A DNA stretch of 64,000 nucleotides, taken from the IMG/VR virus record IMGVR_UViG_3300022719_000071, positions 288,001 through 352,000 of that record; one strand, given 5' to 3'. Shown piece after piece: positions 57,351 to 64,000 of the stretch (positions are counted from its first letter, which is position 1; every line of letters begins with the position of its first letter). A program made the translations under genes and the position numbers. Under the pieces are notes generated by a model. That model was not told the origin of the DNA. It saw only the letters and a program-made list of their open reading frames with translations, and made no database searches. This stretch comes from a virus. Lineage: Duplodnaviria > Caudoviricetes.

Positions 57351-57545
57351 AACACTTTGAGAATACTAAGTACTTTACAAAACGGTGTCTGTGGTAAATG
57401 CAGTTGAGATTGATGGATCGAATGCTCTGGAGTGGATCATGTTGGAGTCCATAGGATTCAACAACCGTTCTTATGATGAACAAGGATCCATACACTAGCA
57501 GTAACATGGAAGCACGTCTGTTGAAATTCTAATTGGACTACTCAT

Positions 57546-57782
57546 ATGAAGACAATCGTAATTAGCCCGGAAAACGTATCTCTTTTTCTTCTAGAGGATT
57601 CTGTTCAGCTTGATGTTCAGCCTGACCACATCTATTCGGCCAATCACAATGCTACGATTACGTTTCTGAATGCATCAAACTGTGCGATACACGAAGACGT
57701 GAATGCACCAGTAGATTGGGCACCGGAAAAGTATCTGTTTGATGGAGTCACCTGGAGTGCTAATCCAGACTACGTGGGATAA
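57546..57782 (+). CDS. small tail-fibre-associated protein
   Basis: APVDWAPEKYLFDGVTWSANPDY motif. Confidence 0.6.
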   Translation: MKTIVISPENVSLFLLEDSVQLDVQPDHIYSANHNATITFLNASNCAIHEDVNAPVDWAPEKYLFDGVTWSANPDYVG

Positions 57783-57786
57783 GAAA

Positions 57787-59055
57787 ATGACTGGAAAACT
57801 CATAATAAAAAGTGGAAGCATTATAACAGTTCAATCCGGAGGACGGGCCATCATAGGCCCAAAGGAAGTTGTTGGTTGGGCAGAATGGGATGGTAGTAGC
57901 GACAGTGTTAATCAAAGTGTTATAAGCTCTGGCATTGGCGGATATCCATTAAATGCCAATCTATACAACACCGATTCGATTTCTTTGCTATACCGGAATG
58001 CTTCTTTTAACTTCACTGCTACAGCGTCTACTTTGTTTCTATCTGGGAATACCATTACCCAAGGTTCGTCTGGTGAGTTTATATTCGGACCATCTCCAGG
58101 ACAGAACAATTCTGACATCACTAATGTAGACAGTAATACAATCATCTTTACCAATCGTAATAACACTACCACAACTAGCGCATGGCAAGGAACCGCATAT
58201 AACATTTCTGCTGCCCCAGTAGGAACATATTCGAGTGGTTCTACACGTACGTTGTCTACTAGTGGATTTACGCAGGGTGGTAACTATTTTCAAGTCAACC
58301 GATTTGCAGTTGGTGAAATAAGCTTTACGCAACGTCTAAAGGCAAACAACGGATCACAACAATTTGTTCGTACTGTTTCTAACAACTCGTTGAACAGTGC
58401 GAATGCGGCATCTGGTTCCGATTTTAGTGCATCGGGGAATACGTTTTTGAGAACATTCGGTGGCGGTGACACCGGAGGACATGGAGACGTTGGAAATAGC
58501 CGTGTGGCAATCCTACGTGATGATACCGATGATGAAGAGCTATTCTTTACATCGTTTTCTAATCCTACTCTTAGTGTTGGAACATTATACAACACTAGCA
58601 GCATTGACGGGCCATCTTCTAGTTTCTACTTGCATAAAATCATTGATGAAGACCACGTTTTGGTGACATACTCTGATACTACCACCGGTGATCTGTCTGG
58701 TGTAGTATTGACATTGAGTGGTAACGATGTTATTGCAATCGGTACTCCATTTACTTTGCGTTCTGGAGAGGAATGGTTGACCGTGAAAATAATTTCTACT
58801 GCGGCGAATCAGGTTATGATTATTGGTGACGTGGAAGAAGATGCAGATCCAGGAAACCGAGATATCAAGGTAGCCGTTGTTACCTTCGCAGACGTAAACA
58901 CTCCTACAGTAGAATCCGTAATCGATATTGATGCACTACATAGTGCTGGTGCTGGAAATGCTCATCCGCAAATACTTCCGTTAGATGCTAGCAGGATTCT
59001 GGCTCTATGGAGTGACGGTACATCCAATCTTCAAGGGCGTGTGCTCAACCTATAA
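57787..59055 (+). CDS. beta-rich putative adhesin/tail-fibre module, allele B
   Basis: MTGKLIIKSGSIITVQSGG; S/T/G-rich repeated beta blades. Confidence 0.65.
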   Translation: MTGKLIIKSGSIITVQSGGRAIIGPKEVVGWAEWDGSSDSVNQSVISSGIGGYPLNANLYNTDSISLLYRNASFNFTATASTLFLSGNTITQGSSGEFIFGPSPGQNNSDITNVDSNTIIFTNRNNTTTTSAWQGTAYNISAAPVGTYSSGSTRTLSTSGFTQGGNYFQVNRFAVGEISFTQRLKANNGSQQFVRTVSNNSLNSANAASGSDFSASGNTFLRTFGGGDTGGHGDVGNSRVAILRDDTDDEELFFTSFSNPTLSVGTLYNTSSIDGPSSSFYLHKIIDEDHVLVTYSDTTTGDLSGVVLTLSGNDVIAIGTPFTLRSGEEWLTVKIISTAANQVMIIGDVEEDADPGNRDIKVAVVTFADVNTPTVESVIDIDALHSAGAGNAHPQILPLDASRILALWSDGTSNLQGRVLNL

Positions 59056-59056
59056 T

Positions 59057-59183
59057 GGTTAAATACAGGGTATCTACTAGGAACCCTGTAAATGCGTCTT
59101 GTTGAATTCTTCGAGCTTCTGGAAGCCAAAGACAGACTAGAATATCTTGCTGACAAAAATGCCAGCAAGATCTTCGCTCGTTG
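59057..59183 (+). repeat. repeat Y (127 nt), near-exact copy of 60863-60989
   Basis: TAAATA motif, hairpin and first 30 codons of the 60898 gene. Confidence 0.95.
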
Positions 59184-59367
59184 TATAGAGCTGGTGCGCA
59201 ATGGATGAAAGAACGTGGAATGAAACTTCATGCTTCTGGTACGCAATCAGATGAAGCACAGGCAGCATGGGAGAAATTTACTCAACAGGGTAAAGTTGCC
59301 AAAGGTAAGCACGGACGACGCTATCTGGAGAAAAAGGATGAAGCTATTAGAATTTTTAGATGACTGA
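59092..59367 (+). pseudogene. chimeric remnant: 5' of 60898 gene joined out of frame to GNAT 3' end, then MKLLEFLDD* stub
   Basis: Y/X junction at shared CGTTG (59179-83). Confidence 0.85.
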
Positions 59368-59587
59368 TGATTTACTGCTGTAATCCTATCTCGCAGAACA
59401 AACCAAATGCGGCATCATGAATGCTTTGATACACTTTCTTGAAGAAATAGCAAGATCCAAAAGGGAAAAAGAGGTATGAGAGATTATTCGTCAACTGGCG
59501 ACCATCTTATGTCTCGATCCGCTAAATAATTTGTAATGACACCACAATCCGGATACACCGGAATCTCAGAGTAACAGGAAAAATTTA

Positions 59588-60838
59588 ATGACTGGTATAA
59601 TCAATATCAAAAGCGGAAGCCTTCTTACTATCCAATCTGGTGGGGTGCTAAGCACCGGCCCATTGCCACCACAGCCTCTTTGGGGTGGCTACGATGGCAG
59701 CAACAATGGTGCCTCTAATAACCTTGGAGCGCTTGGTACTAGTGGAATATTGAGGTTCTTTTCTCTTCCAATTATGGACACCGACAAGGTGATGCTGGGT
59801 TATTTTGGATCTGGAGAAAGTAGTTTCCCACGTGCTATAATTGCGTCCAGGAGTGGTGATACTGTTTCAGTAGGTAGCAGTCTACTGCTTAATAGTATCA
59901 ACACTAGCAGTAACAGATTTGGTATTGCAGGATCGGATACCAACCGTGCTATTGCGTACTATCGAAATGGCGATGCCTCAGACGGTAAGGTTCTGACCGT
60001 ATCCGGCACCACAATAAGTTCTGCTGGCACAACTTTTGGTGTCATTGGTTCTGGTCGTCCCAACAATCTAGAGATGGCACAAATCGATACAAACAGACAC
60101 ATCATTACATGGAACACTTCTACTGGTGGGTTTGAGACCCGTGTTCACGCTGCTACCAATACTGGTGGAACAATTACCAGTGGTGGCACTGGTAATTTGA
60201 TATTCACCAATCACGTTGCTAATGACAACTCCAGTGCTAAGTTAGACAGCACTCGTATTATCAATGCCTATCGACAGAGCCTTAGTGGTCAACCGGACAG
60301 CAATGACATCTTTATTCAAGTACATGAGAACACTTCAGGAACCACGATATCATCCGGTACTCCTGTGAAGATTGAAGAGTCTGGTAATAACACAGAGAAA
60401 ATGTTGTGTGTGATTCCAATCACCGCAAATGCGGCTGCTGTTATCTACGGCGGATCGGTTCCTGACAAAACCTTCATTCAGTTCTACTCCATTAACGGAA
60501 CCACGTTGACCGCAGAAGGTGGAGAACAGACATTGGATAATAAATTCTGGTCCGGCAAGAACCCATCCGAATCAACCTTCAATTGCACCAAGCTAACAGA
60601 GACAGAGTTCATGGTGTCCTATATTACTAATTCTGGTGGTATCTTAGACTGGGTAAGTCGTGTAATCACCTTTCCAACGACTACTACTTTCTCATTGGGT
60701 AGTGAGGTATTGCTACTACCAAGTGGAACATTTGCAAACGAAAGAGTTATTCAAACATTGAATAGCACCACTGTCCTGGCTTTGTACACCGAGAATACAT
60801 CCACTGACACAGCACGAGCAATCGTAATCAACGTCTAA
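59588..60838 (+). CDS. beta-propeller-like putative adhesin/tail-fibre module, allele C
   Basis: MTGIINIKSGSLLTIQSGG; about seven ~55-aa repeats such as VLTVSGTTISSAGT, ENTSGTTISSGTP, YSINGTTLTAEG. Confidence 0.7.
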   Translation: MTGIINIKSGSLLTIQSGGVLSTGPLPPQPLWGGYDGSNNGASNNLGALGTSGILRFFSLPIMDTDKVMLGYFGSGESSFPRAIIASRSGDTVSVGSSLLLNSINTSSNRFGIAGSDTNRAIAYYRNGDASDGKVLTVSGTTISSAGTTFGVIGSGRPNNLEMAQIDTNRHIITWNTSTGGFETRVHAATNTGGTITSGGTGNLIFTNHVANDNSSAKLDSTRIINAYRQSLSGQPDSNDIFIQVHENTSGTTISSGTPVKIEESGNNTEKMLCVIPITANAAAVIYGGSVPDKTFIQFYSINGTTLTAEGGEQTLDNKFWSGKNPSESTFNCTKLTETEFMVSYITNSGGILDWVSRVITFPTTTTFSLGSEVLLLPSGTFANERVIQTLNSTTVLALYTENTSTDTARAIVINV

Positions 60839-60897
60839 GGCGTGTCCTCAACCTACTGTAACGGTTAAATACAGGGTACCATCAAGGAACCCTGTAA

Positions 60898-62949
60898 ATG
60901 CGTCTTGTTGAATTCTTCGAGCTTCTGGAAGCCAAAGACAGACTAGAATATCTTGCTGACAAAAATGCCAGCAAGATATTTGCTCGTTGGAAACAAAAAG
61001 TCAATGACGAGGGAATGACAGGATTACCCCAAGATTGGATCGAAGCAATAGCCGATGGCATCATCCCAGATGCCATGACCATGGAACAATTCAAGGATTT
61101 GAATGACCTCGCACAACGTCACCAAGATATGCCAAAGTGGGTAGTAGATTTCTTCGCCCAATTCGATCCATCCAAGAATAACAAGTATACCGATTGGATT
61201 CTACGCCAGTGGCTCTCTGACAAGCTGTGGCTAGAAGACACCTACAAGCTCACCAGCACGCTTGAAACATTCGAGGAGCACCGCAAGAAGCTAGGTAACA
61301 TGGACATCCTAGATCGTAATGGAGACCCATTAGGACCGCCCCCAGAGCGCCGTGGAGATATTAACGCCTGGAAAGACTACCGAACCCTCTTCCACGCTCT
61401 TAGGCCGCTACAAGGCACTACAGCGGCTGGTGAGAAGGTATCAAATTTCTTGGCAAAAGATAACATTCAGAAAATGATGCACATTCCTGTTCCAGATCCA
61501 GTGAGTACATTTGGTCCAAATGGTGAGCATGACATTGATGAGATCCAAAGCGATTACGCAGAATGGGCTGGAAAGGACGGTGGTGAGTTTGATACCCATG
61601 ATTGGTATGACTTCGTTGGTTCGGATGAGGATACCGAATCTACCACTGAAATCAAGCCAATTTACAAGTCCGACCGTTTGGCAGTTCTTCAGCCAAACAC
61701 ACGACGTGCAGCTTGTGAGCTAGGACGTGGCACCGAGTGGTGCACCGCTTCTACGTCATCCCACAACCACTTCTGGAATTATGCACCGAGTGGCCCGCTG
61801 TATGTCATATTGACTGACAAGATGGGCAAGTATCAGTTCCACTTTGATTCGGGGCAATTTGCCGATGTACATGATAATATGCTTAGCGACGAGCAGAAAG
61901 CAGAATTGGCGAATGCATACCCCGAACTACGTAAAATTTTTGCTGATGAAGCTGTAAAGCATGGTCAACTATGGTTGATCGATCCAGCAATGATTACTTC
62001 GGAGTATCTGGAGAACATTCAAAATGATCCAGACATCTATGGTCCTTATAGCCGGGAAGCTCGAAGTCGTTTGGAAATGCTGATGCAGAAAATTCCAAAG
62101 GCATTTGATGGCAAGGCTGATGAGAAAGCATTGCGTATGGCTGAGGAGTGGCTAAGGAAGAATAAACCAGAAGAGGCTTGGAGGTATGTACGTAAGCCAA
62201 CTGAGCAAGACTTCTTGGATGGTATTCAATCCATGCCATCTGATGACATTCGTCAGGTGACCAATACTTGGAACATTATGAATTTTGCAAGGCAAAACAA
62301 CATTGAACTTTCGGATGAGGTATACGAGGCTGCGGTTGCGTCTGACTCCGAATCTATTCTATCGGTCACAGTGTCTGCTATATCCAGGAACCCACAGTGG
62401 GTTCTGGCCGCTGTTAAGGACCAGCCACGTTTCGTTGAGATGATTTATGCAACCCTATTTGGTGATTCTCAGTATGACATAGAGACAGAGCGTGCTCAGG
62501 TTATGCACCATGCACTAATGTCCCTGGATGGCGGTAAGGAGTTAATAATGAATGCACTATATAACCGTCCAACTATGGTGCGTTGGTTAGGTAATGTATT
62601 TGGTATTGACCCATGGAAGCACGCCTTCAAAATTGCACATGTAATATGGAATGATCATAGCGTAATGAACCAATTGCGTAAGATTCTTGAGACACAGAAC
62701 TTCAGTAACGAAGAACTAGTCGATTTGCTGATGTACCTGTTTGATATTAACGCAATCAATTTGTCACTGGTCAAAACAATCGAGCACAAGCTTGGTGGTT
62801 CTCTTCCATTGCAGTTACAGAAGAAGATTGTTCAAGAGAATCCACTGAACATTCAATTGATAGGAAATCCGGACCCAAATGTGCTGAAGATAGCACAAGC
62901 TATGGTCAAGGGTAATAGCGAGCTATCCTCGTTGCGCAGAGCGCAATGA
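60898..62949 (+). CDS. tagged head-cargo candidate, WCTA family
   Basis: MRLVEFFELLEAKDR; DPSKNNKYTDW; AACELGRGTEWCTAS; GPLYV...KYQFHF. Confidence 0.8.
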   Translation: MRLVEFFELLEAKDRLEYLADKNASKIFARWKQKVNDEGMTGLPQDWIEAIADGIIPDAMTMEQFKDLNDLAQRHQDMPKWVVDFFAQFDPSKNNKYTDWILRQWLSDKLWLEDTYKLTSTLETFEEHRKKLGNMDILDRNGDPLGPPPERRGDINAWKDYRTLFHALRPLQGTTAAGEKVSNFLAKDNIQKMMHIPVPDPVSTFGPNGEHDIDEIQSDYAEWAGKDGGEFDTHDWYDFVGSDEDTESTTEIKPIYKSDRLAVLQPNTRRAACELGRGTEWCTASTSSHNHFWNYAPSGPLYVILTDKMGKYQFHFDSGQFADVHDNMLSDEQKAELANAYPELRKIFADEAVKHGQLWLIDPAMITSEYLENIQNDPDIYGPYSREARSRLEMLMQKIPKAFDGKADEKALRMAEEWLRKNKPEEAWRYVRKPTEQDFLDGIQSMPSDDIRQVTNTWNIMNFARQNNIELSDEVYEAAVASDSESILSVTVSAISRNPQWVLAAVKDQPRFVEMIYATLFGDSQYDIETERAQVMHHALMSLDGGKELIMNALYNRPTMVRWLGNVFGIDPWKHAFKIAHVIWNDHSVMNQLRKILETQNFSNEELVDLLMYLFDINAINLSLVKTIEHKLGGSLPLQLQKKIVQENPLNIQLIGNPDPNVLKIAQAMVKGNSELSSLRRAQ

Positions 62950-63036
62950 CGTAGCACGCCACCGAAGAGGAGATGACAAACATGATAGCTGAAGTAATGG
63001 AGACATTAAAACAAAGATTACATGGTGATTAAAGCG

Positions 63037-64000
63037 ATGATACCACTAACAGTAATCATGAACGAGGAAGAGTTGCTGGAGAATCGTTTGGAGTTTCTTC
63101 AGCAAAAGTTCGCTGAGCCTTTGGCTGCCAGAGCAGCACAAGACCCCCAGGCCAAATCTGTGGCCGGTGGGGACGTATTCACGTTCTTGGTGAATGCTGA
63201 CCCGTCTCCCAACAAAAAGTTCGTCCAGTGGCTTATAGGGCTCTATCTGAAGGGAAACCTGATGCTAGAAGATGTGTACAAGGCCAATGAGTATCTTCAG
63301 TTGTTCTTGAAGAACGTGAAGAAGCTTCCTGGGCCTATGCGTGATATCAATCGTTACAAAAACATCAATGACCTGTACGACGTGATCGAACAGTACGAGG
63401 AAGTGCAAACACAGAGTGAGATCAATCTTAAGCTTGACCAGAAGATGCATGGCCCTGAACATGTGAACATCATCTATAACAGCCCGACGATGAAGGTGTT
63501 GCAATTGAAGAGCAAACAGGCAGCTTGCTATTTTGGCAAGAACACCAAGTGGTGTACGGCTGCACGTAACAACAACATGTACGATACTTATGCCAAGCAA
63601 GGTCCAATCTTTATTGTCCTGGTAAAGAAAGAGAACGTGCGTTTCCAATTGCATTTCGAGTCCAATCAGTTTATGAATGAGAAGGACCAAAGTGTTGACA
63701 TGATGGAGCTTGGAGACAAATACCCAGAACTCAAAAAGGCGCTTGGTTTATTGTATAACAAGGCTGTGGTCACACAAGACCCATCGAATATTTTCCAGTT
63801 GGAGAATCCAGTGGATGAGGTTGTGGAAACAGCATTCTATCGTAAACCATCGATGATTAAGAACATAAGCGATCCAAGCATGCCGATGATTATCGGTGCA
63901 ATAAAAAAGGAACCTGAGATCATAATAGATTTGATCAAGACTGGTGTTGAGGTTCCGGATGAATTGCAGACGTATGCTGTGCAGCAGAACTTTTCTTTGT
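63037..64000 (+). CDS. WCTA-family protein, runs off the window (absent from ORF track; start uncertain)
   Basis: EELLENRLEFL; DPSPNKKFVQW; AACYFGKNTKWCTAA; GPIFI...RFQLHFESNQFMNE. Confidence 0.8.
   Translation, partial: MIPLTVIMNEEELLENRLEFLQQKFAEPLAARAAQDPQAKSVAGGDVFTFLVNADPSPNKKFVQWLIGLYLKGNLMLEDVYKANEYLQLFLKNVKKLPGPMRDINRYKNINDLYDVIEQYEEVQTQSEINLKLDQKMHGPEHVNIIYNSPTMKVLQLKSKQAACYFGKNTKWCTAARNNNMYDTYAKQGPIFIVLVKKENVRFQLHFESNQFMNEKDQSVDMMELGDKYPELKKALGLLYNKAVVTQDPSNIFQLENPVDEVVETAFYRKPSMIKNISDPSMPMIIGAIKKEPEIIIDLIKTGVEVPDELQTYAVQQNFSL

Noticed and set aside
57143-60989. Invertase-driven shufflon
   Set aside because: Repeats are direct, not inverted, and no site-specific recombinase is nearby
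1-64000. Genome-wide stop-codon reassignment
   Set aside because: Many 600-1000-aa ORFs are intact in code 11 and TAG ends several plausible genes; an apparent second read-through case at 13345 is actually TGA
1-64000. CRISPR array
   Set aside because: No repeat occurs three or more times with unique spacers; the 36-nt repeat at 41099 is in-frame coding and has no spacers

Overview
This 64-kb window looks like part of a jumbo dsDNA bacteriophage genome (T4-superfamily/RaK2-like gene content), densely coding in the standard genetic code. No tRNA genes, CRISPR array or integrase were seen. Recognisable genes: class II ribonucleotide reductase with a LAGLIDADG intein at a catalytic Cys, HNH-AP2 endonuclease, DnaJ, ClpS, GroES-like protein, clamp-loader subunit, SF1 helicase, a stand-alone DnaE (Pol III alpha) fragment, PhoH, IscA/ErpA-like carrier, radical SAM protein, an NAMPT + NMNAT-Nudix NAD+ salvage pair, DUF932, and a Ro60/TROVE protein. 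Two promoter classes track with base composition: sigma70-type promoters precede GC-rich genes, and a TAAATA motif precedes lower-GC virion-type genes. Most striking: (1) a promoter-to-terminator non-coding RNA directly upstream of ro60 that combines a bacterial Y-RNA Ro-binding motif with a tRNA-like acceptor/T-arm in an apparently non-YrlA topology, plus a candidate antiterminator; (2) a family of genes sharing an N-terminal M-K/R-L-x-E/Q-(F/L)...E tag fused to diverse enzymatic cargo, with DNA-level signs of tag shuffling; (3) a tandem of two divergent beta-propeller alleles bracketed by near-identical repeats, either of which could be cleanly excised; (4) an eight-member YYDxW paralog family. 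All protein and RNA family calls come from motif recognition by eye, not database searches.
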